Positions 12,951 through 26,131 of a stretch of 64,000 nucleotides of DNA are shown one piece after another (position 1 is the first letter of the stretch; each line of letters opens with the position of its first letter). The stretch lies in the NCBI GenBank assembly GCA_964016885.1, contig OZ024740.1, positions 155,682,001-155,746,000 on the forward strand, written 5' to 3'. A model generated the notes under the pieces. The model was not told where the DNA came from. It did not search any database and worked only from the letters and a program-made list of their open reading frames with translations. Position numbers and translations under genes: made by a program. This DNA comes from Eledone cirrhosa. Lineage: Eukaryota.

Positions 12951-14854
12951 TCATCATCGTCATTTAACATGTTATTCCCTGATATATCTATATAGATATA
13001 TATGTAAAGTGGTCATGTAGGTGTCATGACAAAAAGCACTCAGTACGCATAGTAAATGTGGTTGGCATTAGGAAGGGCAACCAGCCGTAGAAACCAAGCC
13101 AAAATCATTTCTGTATATATATATATATATATATACCGTCTAACCCATGCTAGCGTGGAAGAACGGACATAAAACAGTGATAATGATACAATTTTGAAAA
13201 TCAGTGGCACCACATATATATTTCAATGAAAAACATTTGAAGGCTGGATCCCAACAACTTCATTTATTGTTGCACAAAATGTATTTCTGTGGTCAGTCAG
13301 TTACGTCATCAGAGGGTATGAACATAATAGATTTAGTTAAGTAATCTTTATTGAGGTACAGCAAAAATAAGAATAGAAAAAATGAAATATCCAAACTAGC
13401 AAAGTTATCACTAGGATGGTCTGTCTAGCGATAATTTTTACATTTATTTTATAAGTCTGGTACTTAATTCATTAATCACTATTTGTTGGACTACTAATAT
13501 ATGAGATGTAAATAAATAACACAAGTTGTTAAGCAGTGCCACACATTAAAATATGGCATTTCAGCAATAATGGTATTGTTTCTTTTTGTATATGTGATAC
13601 TACAATATTCATGTATATTCTTTTTGAAGATATGGCTGCTATTTCTAGCAGTTTTTGTGACTAGAGTAGCTCATTTATGAACCTCATTTTTGTTGTTACT
13701 TAACTCCAGATGAGCTTTGATCAAGCTGCCCTATAATCAGATGTGTTCCAGCCATGACCATGCTAGTTATTGTTTTCAAGTATAGTGCACCCAGGATCAC
13801 AATATCTAGTGTGTCCTTTTTTAAGAGGGTATGGTTTGTACTTTGAGAGAGATTAGGTTGCTGTTTGAATACTGGATTTTACATAGTTGAGTATCTCAAA
13901 GAGATCAAATGGGGTGCTCTTGCGGGAAAGTGACAAATGCTGTATACAATTAGGGCTAGTAGTTATGTTGTCTTGACTCATTATCAGTTGTTAACCTGAT
14001 TAATTTCTTGCTCTTCATCCCCAGCAAGAAGGACTTTTAGAAACACAAGCAGGCATGGGTGTGTCTTGAAAAAATTTGTTTCCCAACCACACGAGTTCAT
14101 GTTCATTCTTGCTGTTTGCCACCTTGAGCAAGTATCTTCTATTTCCTAGGCTTGACCAATGCTTTGTGAATAGACTTGGTAAATGGAACTGCACATGTTT
14201 GTTTCCATGTGTTTTCTAAATTGATACTGGACAGTTGGTGACATTTGTTTAAGCCACACATAATATGTACTGCAGTTCAGCAGTACATCCGAAATTCAGT
14301 GAAAAGGTGCTTTACCTGAAATAAAAAAAAAAAAAAAAGTTGGCATCAGGAAAGTATGTGGCCATAGAATACTCCATGCCAGCATGGAGAAGCAGACATA
14401 AAAACTGTGATGATGATGGTGAGCAATCAGTAGGCATGTGGAATGTGGCCTTGCCAATCTAAGTAATGTAGTATATACATAGACAGGATAGCTGACTCAA
14501 TATATCTTATGGTGGTTTTTTCCTCAGTATTCTTATTATATATATCACCTGAAAGCAATGTTAGTCAAATATGAACTGATTCTTTGTGTGTGTGTGTGTG
14601 TAATTATATACTCATGTTATTGTGTAATGCCAGGTCAGCTCTGATCCAGCAGATCTATGGTCAAAGCTGTTCCAACCATGATCACTGTAATTTTTTTTAG
14701 GTATATCTAGATCTGTGTTCTTCCTATTTTTAAGTCAGTAGAGTGAAATTTGACTACTATTTCTAGCTGGTCAAGTGATACTGTAGAGCTTGTTTACTGG
14801 TTTTTAATGAAGCTCTTTCATTACACACACACTCTCTCTCTCTCTTCCTCTCAT

Positions 14855-15830
14855 CATTTTTATGTCTCCTTTTCCACACTTGCATGGGTTTGACGGATCG
14901 TTTTTAGCACAGTATTTCTCCACTTGTCATGTTCTTTCGTCCTCTCTGAGTTTCAAGGATTTAAGGTCAACTCTTACCACTTCTGCCCAGGTCTTGGTCT
15001 ACCGCTACTGTGGCTTCTTTCTGCTGGGATTTCCTGGCACCACTTCACCCTGCGACCATCATCTAAGTGCATCGCATGTCCATACCAACACAGTCTTCTC
15101 TCTTGCACACCACTTCTGATTCGTCTTACTCAGTTTCTCTCTCAGTTCATCCAAAACCTGTCATTCTCTTACATTAACACTGTACATCTATGATGATGAT
15201 GATCTATCGAAGCTTGCTTGTTCCATTTCTCTCCAGCTTATGCATATCCTTTGTAGTCACTGCCCATGTTTCATTACCATGTACATTGCACTTCACACAC
15301 GTGTCATACAGCCATCTTTTGGTTCATAGGGAGAAACCTTTCATTGTGAACAGAGAGAGTAGTTCTCTAAACTTCTTCCATCCTATTTTTATTCTAGCTA
15401 CTCTGCTCTCTGAAAACCCTCCTCCATTGCTACTTAGATCACCTAGGTAGCAGAAGCTATCAATCACTTCTGTGGATCCTTCATGAGATTGGAAAAAGGT
15501 TTATAATCACTGATGTTCTTACTATCAATTACCCCTATGCATCTATTACATACAGAGTCTCCCTTTTCTGTTTGTCTGCCTACTATGCCACATTGTCTAC
15601 ATCGTATAGAGTTTCTGCCTACTCTTTTTCTGCATATCTAACAGGGCCACTTCTCTGATAGGATCATGGCCCTGTATTCTTTCCCCCTTTAGTTTTTTCT
15701 GTTTACTTTCAATCCTTTTCATTGTGAATTCTGTTTCCAGACTCGTAACTTATTCTCTTGTTCTATAGATTCAGCTATAAGAATCATATCAGCCACATAA
15801 AGAAGTTTCCAAGGATATTGAGTCTTAAGA
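14855..15830 (-). mobile_element. Old RTE LINE 3' fragment
   Basis: The reverse strand shows decayed DSFCYLGDL, GWKKFRE and WELLYVAD-like motifs. Confidence 0.8.
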
Positions 15831-15899
15831 TAGTATCATACTAAATAATCATTGCAGCAGTATTATAGTAAACTGCTACTAGGGTTTAGGAGACATACT

Positions 15900-16790
15900 A
15901 GAGCAGTAGCTACAGAGGCATAACATTGATGGACCAGGTCATGAAAGTTACTGAAAGGGTTATAGCACTGTTAATTAAGTTAAGAGAAGCAGTTCAGCTT
16001 TATGCCAGGTTGGGATATTACTGATGCTCTCTTTCTGGTGAGACAACTATAGAACTTGGCTATGGGTTAGCCACTGTACTAGATAAGTTCTTTGACAGGG
16101 ATCCTGCTCTATAATCTAGTGGCTTGTAAGTACCACGCAAGCCTTAAATAAAGCTGCAATTAACAAGGTGAGAGTTGGCAATGAGTACAGTGATAAATTT
16201 GAAGTGCATGTTGGGGTCCACTAGGTCGCAGCCATCAGTCCACTTCCATTTATCAGTGTCCTTCAGGCCATAACTGAGTTTAAGATTGGCAATCCATGTA
16301 AACTCCTGTATACTGACAATCTAGTCCATATAGCTGAATCCATGGGCGAGTTAGAGGCAAAATTCCAGGCATGGAAAAAATTTAGAATCAAAAGTCCTAA
16401 AAGTAAACTTGAGGACAGGAAGCTCATGCTATCAGAAAATTGGCCTTGTCCAATGCGTTGAAAAGGGATGGGCATAATTTTCATAAGGTGTACAAAATGT
16501 AATCTATGGAGGCACAAGAGATGTAGTGGGATTACAGGCTGGTTAACAGATTGACTTTGTATGTGGCAGATGCAAAGATGTAAGCACTAAGAACTCGCAT
16601 AAAATAAATTTCCTTAGTTGCCAGGGTAGCTTCCTGGAAGTTGTTGATAGCTTTTGTTACCTATGTGACCTATAAGAAGTGAAGGAGGATGCTTTGAATG
16701 TGTGATAGCCAGGATATGAACGGCTGGAAGAATTTTAGTGAGTCAAAAGCTGACAACAAAGGGCTTCTCTCTCAAGGTGAAGAGAAGACA
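15900..16790 (+). mobile_element. Old RTE LINE RT fragment, opposite orientation to its neighbour
   Basis: Decayed MDQVMKVTERVIA, TDALFLVRQL, HKRCSGITG, VDSFCYL. Confidence 0.8.
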
Positions 16791-18710
16791 AGAAATAAGT
16801 CATACTTCAAATCCTCCTCTACTATCTTAAGTAAAGGAAGAACATATTGGACAATGCAATCCTAAACACAACTGAAAAGATAGGTTAATCAAGTGGCCTT
16901 TAATTATTAGTCAACTTAAGAAGAGCTGACCTAGGACTAAACAGTAACAACCTAACTTCTCTCTGCATGTACAGGTTTACTTATTAATTCATTGTCCTTT
17001 TTATTTGTAAAATCTATCACATTTGTTACAGATCACACCAGTGTAACCTTAGCTGGTCTCCCATGAGGTTGCATCTGATAATAGATTTCTTGAGTGTTTT
17101 TATCATCATTTTTCGGGTGATAGAACATAAGAGAGATGGAATAGCTACAATAAGACATCTGATTTGATGCTCTAACAATTACAGTAACCCACTGCCCTGG
17201 GTGGGTATTTTAGTTATCAACCTCAAAAGATAAAAGGCAAAATGTGGCTTAAACAGGATTTGAGCTCTGAGTGCCAATTGCCAGCACACGTACTGCAATG
17301 CATCTAATCTAATGCACAAATGACTCTGCCAATTCGCTGCCATCTTTGTTATTTTATGTTTGACTTAAAAAATATAAAAATCTCAAATGATTTCTCTGGA
17401 ACACAGCCACATTTTCAGGTATTTAGTGATTCACCTGTTAACGTTAGAATATGAGAAAATATTAAATTTAGCTGTTTACTAAATTTTCTTTTGTTAGTTT
17501 GTTTTTTCTCTGAATTAGATTAATTTGCAATTTGCCAATTTTTGTTTCAATTTCTATATTTATGGAACACTTTAATTGAGCTGATACTTGGAGACATGTA
17601 TATATTATTTCTATGACTTCTTCCATGTTGGCATTGGTTGGACAGGACTTATTGAGGCAGTATTTAACAATCAGATGTCATCCCTGATGCTAAATCATTT
17701 AGTCACCTCATATGACACACAGGAATTCTATGCATCTGATCTAAAAACTGGGAATACACACAGGGTCACATTATGTATCTGCATGTGTTTATATATATAT
17801 ATGTGTTTATATATATATATATCATCATCGTTTAACGTCCATCTTCCACGCTAGCATGGGTTAGATGGTTTTGTTCCATTTGATGCAGGAATGGTCGGGG
17901 GACCATGTCTCGCTTGCACAGAAGCATCTCTGGCAGGTTTTTTTTACAGCTGGATGCCCTTCCTAACACCAACCACATTTACAGTGTGGACTGGGAGCCT
18001 TTTTACTGTGTCTCCTGCACGGCCACCTTACAGTGTGGACTGTCGTGTCATCGACACAGTGGATGGAACATGACCATATCTTGCTTGAGCTAAGTTGAGT
18101 CAGGTGACTGTGTCTTGCTCACACAGAACTGTTTCTGACTTGGTTTCTACAGCTGGGTGCTTTTTGTCGTGATACACAACCACTTTTCAGTGTGAGCTGG
18201 GAGCTTTTTGTTGTCACTAACACGACCACTTTACAAGGTGGACTGGGTGCTTTTTGTTGTCACCAACATGACTGCTTTACAGGGTTAACTGGTTGCTTTT
18301 TTTCATGTCACCAACATGACCACCTTACAGAGTGAACTGAGTGCTCTTTTGTCATGTCACCAGCATGAGCACCCTACAGACTGGTAGCTTTTAGCTATTT
18401 CAGCAGCATTGTTGGGGAACCTGTCCAGCTTTCCATGCTTGTTTGCATGGGTTGGACAAGAGGGGTGTATCAGATGTGGGAGGGGTGTGTGTGTGTATGT
18501 AGAATGGGGTCCTTAATTTAAGGTGGAGTACTTAGATGATGAAGTGTTAAGATGTGGAAGGTGTATGGAAGGAAGAAGGGGAGAAGTGGGGCATACTAGT
18601 GACCACTCGATGTTTGCTTCATCCTGTGCACATGGGAAAGCAGGTTTTCTGCAGTAGTGTATAACGCCAGAGAACTTGATCCTGTGTGATCAAGTGATTC
18701 TGAAGTGATA

Positions 18711-18769
18711 AAAAGCTGACCTCACACAATTACACATTTGAGAGGTGTAATTGTGTGAGGTCAGCTTTT
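18711..18769. repeat. Perfect 25-bp fold-back hairpin inside a decayed RTE 3' end
   Basis: AAAAGCTGACCTCACACAATTACAC, 9-nt loop, GTGTAATTGTGTGAGGTCAGCTTTT. Confidence 0.9.
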
Positions 18770-19160
18770 CCTCTTCCATAACTTCCATCAACTTTGAGCT
18801 GTACTTTCAGAACACTTGTCTCCAAAGCTAATTTGGTCACATGTGAATCCTGTCGAAGCCATCACTGTGTTGCCTAACATATGCATTAATGTTTCTTGCT
18901 ATGATTAAGAGAATCTTGTCATGCACTAGAGAAGTAGGCGCATTAGGGATTCGTAAAAGTTATTTTTTATGTTTGTCTGATAGTCCTGATTGTAGTGCAT
19001 ATGCATATATAATAGTTGCAATTGTTTTACCTCAAACTATCCTAAGTTTAATGATTCTGTCATTTACTCTATTTACTACGATTACATTGTCCACTCATTT
19101 TTCTACTAACAGAATACCTACTTCATGTTATCATTTACCCACTCTGAAAATGTTGTAGAG

Positions 19161-19330
19161 TCATCCTTTACCTACAAGGAATCTTGCTGATCTTCCTTGC
19201 CATTTAGTCTCTTCTACACAACACACATCCACTCTCTTTTGCTCTAACATCTCTACAGTCTCACCTGATCTTCCTCTCGTTGTGCCTACGTTAATGGTGG
19301 CAGCTCTGAAGTTTTGGAATTTACTGGAAG
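19161..19330 (-). mobile_element. RTE endonuclease N-terminal fragment
   Basis: ATINVGTTRGRSGETVEMLEQKRVDVCCVEETKWQG. Confidence 0.8.
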
Positions 19331-21698
19331 AGGGGGATGGATACATGAGAAGGGAGGTGGAATCTGTATATGTGTGTATACACACAAATATGGTCACACA
19401 AAAGAATATTGATTTTTTTTTTTTTTTTTTTTTTTTTTATGAATACAAAAGAAAAGAAAAATTAAGTATAAGCGTAAAGAAATAAATGACGTGCAGTGTT
19501 CATACAAAATTATTTTGCTAGTGCAGTTTGTTCAGAAATTGGATAGTAAATACATTCTTATCATTCATAATGTATGAATAAAAACTAATTCAAGAATTTC
19601 TAAAATATGTAATGCTAATTTTCTTATTTCAATTATGCTGTCATTCTGTAGCGAAAACAGTTTTTCTGGCATTCAGATATAAAAGCAAAAATGTTTAAAA
19701 AGAAAATTCATAAGTTCTATTGAGAACCATAGCTAATTTTAGATTGTTTAAAATTATATTTGATTGATTTTTCTCTTTGTTTTGGTCTCATTTTGTCATT
19801 ACTATTTTTTTTCCTGTTATATAACAGAAACAAAATCTTTATCTGAATTTAATAGCCAAAAATAAATAGGAAACAGAAATTGATATTTTAGTTAGATAAC
19901 AATTTCACTGCAGACTAATCTTTTCTCATATATGCTATGTGTAAAGACTTGAATCTTTTAAACACACGTGTTCTGCTGATATATAAAGTGTACTGTTTCT
20001 TTATATCGCCATTTCAAATGAGTTTGTAGTCTAGTTTTTGTTGACTTGGTCTGACACGAGCTTGTGAAATAAAAGGCAAATGTAATACCAGCTTATTTTT
20101 GTAAAAGGGTGCTTCATTATTAAACTGCTGGTTTTTTACTTATAATATGATAATGACTAATTAAGGCCACCTGTCTCCTTATATTTATGAACAGTTAACT
20201 TTATAGCATTTTATTATGAACTCTAGCACCTCCCCTTTTTTCTTAATACAAGGTATCTAGGAGTGCATTATCCAATGTTTAGAGGGATTTGACTGTTACT
20301 TATATCGAGATTTTTTTACTGTTTAGTCAGGTATGAAAAGGCAGTGCCTGTGATCCTTTTGGGGGGCTTTGAAACTGGAGGGTAGGAGGAAAGTTTCAGT
20401 GTTAATGTCCATTATTCATGTACAGAACTATGAAACAAATAATGCTAAATAAAATTATTTTCATAGAGTAAGCAATGTGTATTTTTAGGAATACACTGCA
20501 CTGCTTATTTCCATTATTAACAAGAACTAATTTTGGATATTTGTAACTATACATATAAACTTTAAAAAATTTCAACCATTATTGAGCCCATGTGATGTAT
20601 ATATAAAGCATCTTTCATTTTTTAAATGTGTTGTTATATTTCAATTATGCTTTCAATTGTATTTTTCTTGTCCCCAGAATGAAAAATTATGGTTAAAGAA
20701 TTTTAAAATATATTCTTAAATCTTTAGTTTTCACATTAGATTTTATTATTTGTATGTATTTTCATTCTTTTTTTTTAGTCAAACTAAATTAGATAACTTA
20801 ATTTGTATAAACTTATGACTAGCAGCAGTACCTGGCCTTGTCCTGATTTGATGGTACATAAAGTAAATACAATCACATGAATTCACTATATATAACAATC
20901 TTCAGTTAGATTAGGAATGATGATTTACTCAATTATTGCATCCATACAATTCAGAAAATAACTCATGTTGAATTTACAATCATCATGTCCTTTTTTCCAT
21001 GCTTGCATTGGTTGAACATACCTTTTCCAGCACATCTTCCATCCACTCATTGCATTTCTTCATCTTCTCTACAAGCTTCAGTGTTTGGAGGTCAGCTCTA
21101 ACCACTTCTGTTCAAGCTACTGAAGCTTCCTTCCACTTAGATCTCTTGGCACTTTTTCATCCAATGATCACCGTCCATACCTTTTGCACACTGCATCTGA
21201 GTTCTTATATCCAGTTTTTCTCTCAGTTCACTTATGCTTCATTGTTCATGCACTTTCAATGAAGCATTCTTGCATCATTTCTCTCCAGGTTTTGTATATA
21301 ACTAGTATTCACTGCCACACACCATCACACTTCACAGGCATCATGCAATCCATGGGAGAAGGTCCCTTTGTTGTCCTTGAACTTTTTTCATCTTGTTTCT
21401 ATTCTAGCTACTTTGCTTTCAAAACAACCTCCTTCATTGCAAATTAGGTCACCTAGGTAACAGAAACTATCTGCTACTTTTTAGTTTTTCTGTCAGGAGT
21501 TAAAAAGAACAAATTCCAGAAAAAGTCTTGTACCTTTCATGGCAAAATGTATACAATAAATACATTCTTACATGCATTCACTTTATATATTAGGAAGTGC
21601 CAATTACATTGTTATGCACATAAAGCTATGTAAATTTGGTGATCAGTATTTGTTTTAACTAGCAGGAGGAAGTTAAAAAAAATATTGGCTTTCCAGTT

Positions 21699-22040
21699 AA
21701 TAATTGTTTCTACTTTTGGCACAAGGCCAGCAATTAACCAGTGCATTACTGGTGCTTTATTTTATCGACCCCTGTAAGGATGAAAGGCAAAATTAACCTC
21801 GGCGGGATTTGAACTCAGGCCGTAACTCTGTGCTGCATATGACCCTCTACCGATACTGCCAATCCACCGTAATAATTGTTTCTACTTTTGGCACAAGGCC
21901 AGCAATTATCCAGTGCATTACTGGTACTTTATTTTATCGACCCCGTAAAGATGAAATGCAAAGTTAACCGCAGCTGGATTTAAACTCAGAACATAAAGGG
22001 CCATAATTCAATGCTGCAAAGCCTGGTGTCTGACACTCTA
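21699..22040 (-). mobile_element. Two tandem MetaSINE/MESC-type SINE copies
   Basis: Same sequence as 6638-6822, repeated from about 21700 and about 21870. Confidence 0.8.
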
Positions 22041-22280
22041 AATATGTCAGGTGATGTAAGACAAATTAAATATTTTTTAAAGTAAACAGTGAGGCTTAAA
22101 AGAAGTAGTGGTCGTCTGTGTAGCTATTAGTGAACGTATGCTGTTCAAAACTGGAATAAATTAGTTTGCTGTGAGGATGAGGAAACATTTTGACCTATCA
22201 GTATAGTTTGTTGGAATTTGATGTTTTCTGAAAAGCAATATATTACCTTTTTGAATAGTTTATAAACACTGAGTCCAGTC

Positions 22281-22538
22281 CTAAATAAATGAGGTTGTGT
22301 AGGTGTCACGACAAAAAAAAAACATAGTCCACGCTGTAATGTGGCCGTGTAGGTAACACGGTAAAAACCTCCCAGTCCACACTGTAAACGTGGTTGGTGT
22401 TAGGAAGGGAATCCAGCCGTAGAAAACCTGCCAGACAGTCCTATATGAGCAAGACAACCAATCTTGCCGCACGTGGGACAATTCCCGTCTAAATCCATGC
22501 TAGCGTGGAAGATAGATGTTAAACGATGATGATGATGA
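22281..22538 (+). mobile_element. RTE 3'UTR fragment with (GAT)n tail
   Basis: Matches 32480-32708 and 45280-45650. Confidence 0.8.
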
Positions 22539-23815
22539 GTATTTTTATGATTGCTTTAGAAAGATAATTTGAAAAAAGTTTGCTTAAATATTTTCTCAAA
22601 AGTAATTTTTAATCATTGCCATAATAGGATGCATCCAGTATACTCTAAATAGTTATAAACAGTTATAAAAACCTTGCCAAATATGGAAACAGGAGCACGA
22701 CCTGGTTCCAAGTTCAAATCCAACTCAGTTCAACTTTGGCTTTCATATTTTTAGTAGGAGATATTGGAACATCAGAGAGGATGGTATTTATTTCTGCCGT
22801 TTTCATTCTGATATCAAATCCTTCTGTTTTTTTCTGCTTACAGGTTTAATTGGCTTCCTATGAAGGTGCATATCATAGGTTTCTAAAGTGTTTTAATGAT
22901 AGAAGCCCTAGTCATACCACGAAAAGACAACCTTTTACAAGGACTAAGCCTTGCCTCCTGTTGTTGCTATTAATTTTTTCAGCTGAGTTGACTATTGCAC
23001 TGAAATGAAGCAGCTTGCTTAAGAACACAACATGCCATCTAGTTTGGAAATCAAATCCCTGACCTTATAATTATGAGTCCAACACCCTAACCACTTGGCT
23101 ACATGCTTACTTTAATTTGTGGCTCTGTTTAACACTGCTCTCTGGATCTTGGGGGCGTTTAGTAGAGTCCCCTCTGTTGCAAGCATTCAAAACAGGTATC
23201 TGGTTTGAGGAGACTTTTCATGCCCCTACCTGTCTTTCGTGCCCTGTAAAGGGTCATGGACACTGCAGGTCATTTCCTGACAAAACTAATAAAAAAGCTT
23301 AATATTTTTGCAGTAAAGAAGTTATTTTATAATCTTAAAGATATTTCATGAAAAAGTGTATGATTTAGATATGACTATGTAAGTTTACATCACAACCACA
23401 TAGTTTTGGGTTCAATCTCACTGTGTGGTGCTTCAAACAAATGCCTTCTTCTGTAGCCTCATGCTAACCAATTCTGATAGGTGCAATTTGGTAGGAAGAC
23501 TGAATCCTGTCGCATGTGTGTGTTTGTTTGTCTCCTGGTGTACATTCATGTTGATAATGTTTGTTTATGTCCCACAGCTTAGTTGTCTGACAGGTAAAGA
23601 TTAGTAGAATACATAATACCATACAGAAAAATAAGAGTTGGCATATGAAAGAGCATCTGGTTGTAGAAAACTAACTTAAAAAGTCTTGTCTAACCCATGC
23701 TAGCATCGAAAAGCAGACATAAAAATGATGCTAATTACATTAAAATAGATTCTTTTAAAATATGAAAAATTTCAAATTTAATTGTGTATTTTTCTTTTTC
23801 TTTTTATTGTTTCAG

Positions 23816-24077
23816 CACATTTCAATTATAAGGTCTGGTCTCCTCCCATTGGCAACCGCCGAAAAGGGTTAAAACATCAACGACTGAAAGCGTGAAGATT
23901 AAAAAAAAAAAAAGTGCCCAATCCTCAAAAACTAGCACACACTGCACATCTGAGGATTGTCGGGAGTCTCCAGTATAGAAAGGAAGGCTTCGACTGGGAT
24001 AGAAAGACAAATAACTACTTACTTACTATTGTCTGCCTGTCCTCTTTGAAAGAATCAACATCACATTTGGCAAAACA
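23816..24077 (+). other. CSDE1: CSDE1 5'UTR part of the start-codon exon
   Basis: Strong acceptor (long pyrimidine tract, TTTCAG ending 23815). No ATG in 262 nt. In-frame TAA at 24012 upstream of the ATG. Confidence 0.75.
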
Positions 24078-24116
24078 ATGTCTAACTCAAGGAAAACAAC
24101 TAGTCCTCAGTGGAAG
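24078..24116 (+). CDS. CSDE1: CSDE1/Unr first coding exon, MSNSRKTTSPQWK; GC donor
   Basis: ATG in AAAACAATG context; donor AAG|GCAAGT. Joins in phase 0 to NFQPP, giving a PQWKxFQPP N-terminus like that I recall from invertebrate Unr proteins. Confidence 0.8.
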
Positions 24117-24689
24117 GCAAGTTAAAGCTCTGTCTTCTGGATATAACAGTCACCATTTTTTTCCATTGGTGGACGGCTAAAATATCTTATGGCTACTCTA
24201 TTTCCATAATCCACACCAATCATTTCCTTTTCATGCTGCTCGCTATCGAGACCTCTGAACTGCCCACTTCCTCTGCAAAATTGGAGAAAGTGCATTCCAG
24301 CTGAGGAAGAGCTTTGTGAAGTGGTGTTCATTTTTCACATTCAATTTGAAATTAGCTGTGTATGTCAGTAATGGTTTTCTTGAAGGGTGTAAAAAGTATG
24401 ACCAACAAAAAAAAAAAAGAGGCCACCTTATTTCTTTCATTTCGATAGGCCTAAAAGTAAAACTTATTTTGCACTGCATTGAATAGTGGTTACTATATAT
24501 TTACAAATGCTTTCACCCATTGCATTATAATTCATTTGTTTTTTTCTTATGAATTAGGGAGTAATGTGAATTAGTTAGATTTTTTATAAAATCTTAACTA
24601 TGCATGCCTGTTTAAATTTGTTCTAATTATACATGGCTTATGTCTAGTACTCTCTTCTTTTCCTCCTTCCAATGGGTCTTATCAAAAGC

Positions 24690-25030
24690 AACTGGTCCAG
24701 CTGGATCTTCTGCCGGTTGGTTTTACCTGTAAAATCTGTCCAGTGATTCTTTACTGAGGCATTCTAACCACATACCCTTAGTATTGGAGCTGTGATGTCT
24801 CTGTTCAGAAAAGTAGCAACTCTGATCTTCGAGCTATGCACTTTATTGAGTAACGTTACCCTAAAGACCCGTTGGAGGAACTCCATTTCGATTGCTTGTA
24901 TTTGCGATCATATTCTTTCGGTCATTACCCAAGATTCATGACCATAGGTAAGAGTTGGCACGAATACTGAATTGAAGATAGCAAGTTTGGCTTTTATATC
25001 TACCTCCCTTCTTTTGATTACTGTATAGTA
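24690..25030 (-). mobile_element. Rex3/Expander-like RTE 3' fragment
   Basis: The reverse strand reads LTYGHESWVMTERI.SQIQAIEMEFLQR. Related copies at 38.2, 58.9 and 62.7 kb. Confidence 0.75.
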
Positions 25031-25055
25031 CACTTACATATATAATCAGTTTTAG

Positions 25056-25172
25056 TACCCGCCGAGGTTAACTTTGCCTGTCATCCTTACGGGGTCGATA
25101 AAATAAAGTACCAGTAATGTACTGGGTAATTCCTGGCCTTGTGCCAAAAGTAGAAACAATTATTATTATTAT
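25056..25172 (+). mobile_element. 5'-truncated MetaSINE/MESC-type SINE
   Basis: CCGCCGAGGTTAACTTTGCCTGTCATCCTTACGGGGTCGATAAAATAAAGTACCAG with an (ATT)n tail. Confidence 0.8.
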
Positions 25173-25308
25173 TAGTAGTAGTTTTAAGTGCTAATAATAA
25201 CAGATCGTCTACATATTTATACTGTACACTATTTTTAGCAATTGTTTCGCATCTTTCTATAACATTTTCAAATATAAAATGTGTTTTTCCTTTCACTTTT
25301 TATTGTAG

Positions 25309-25443
25309 AATTTCCAGCCGCCAGCTCAGAATCCCTCCATTCTTTATAGCCAGAGAACACCAACTACAAACAATTCAATTGCTACTTCACCTAACGGCAC
25401 AAGTAATGGAGTTCGACAAACTGGCTTTGTGGAAAAATTACTG
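25309..25443 (+). CDS. CSDE1: CSDE1 exon NFQPP...RQTGFVEKLL (start of CSD1)
   Basis: AG/GT boundaries, 135 nt, phase 0-0; GFVEKLL matches the first strand of CSD1. Confidence 0.93.
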
Positions 25444-25580
25444 GTATGTATTAATTTACATTTAATAGCACACAGCCGTGGATGTGTGGTAAAGAAGTTT
25501 TCTTTGTAACCACATGGTTTCTAGTTTTGATTCCACTGTGTGCCACCTTGGACATGTGTCTTTTATAACCTTGGGCTGAG

Positions 25581-25917
25581 AACAAGAGAGAGAAAAATTA
25601 TACTTCCATCAGGTTGGCATGCGGATTAAATTAATCAGCATGCCAACCTGATGAAAAATGAAATTTACAGCTCACCTATAGAGTTTTAGCTGACCTCCCA
25701 TAAGGGTGAGGATTAAAACATCTGAAGAACTTCCTATGGGGTTGATTCTTATTGGAGGTTTCTTGAATGTTTTAATGGTAGGTCCCCCAGTTTTATCCTG
25801 AAAAGCACTGGAGATGAAGTATCTTGCTCAAGAGCAGTGTGCTACCTGATCCAGGAATTGGTTTTATAATTGTAGTTCTAACCTGAAGAAGTATAATTTT
25901 TCTCTCTTTCTCTTGTT
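25581..25917. repeat. Outer inverted repeat of about 35 bp with an inner hairpin at 25607-25653
   Basis: AGAGAGAAAAATTATACTTC..CAGGTT versus AACCTGAAGAAGTATAATTTTTCTCTCT. Inner stem CATCAGGTTGGCATGC/GCATGCCAACCTGATG. Confidence 0.8.
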
Positions 25918-25920
25918 TAA

Positions 25921-26131
25921 CCCTTTAGCATTTAAACCCGCTTTATCCGACCAGAATTCTTTCACCGCTTTCTGTTCAAACCGGTCATAACCGGCCGCTC
26001 ATACTGATGTTACGTATTGTTCTCAAAATAAATATCATCAAAATCTTGTAGATTCGATATTATGTGAGATAATGCCTTTTCTGTGAAAATACAATAATAA
26101 ATATATAGAGAGTAATGTGATAGCTAAAGGG
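25921..26131 (+). mobile_element. piggyBac-type MITE
   Basis: TTAA|CCCTTTAGC ... GCTAAAGGG|TTAA. Related copies at 37033-37242 and 60721-60906. Confidence 0.85.
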
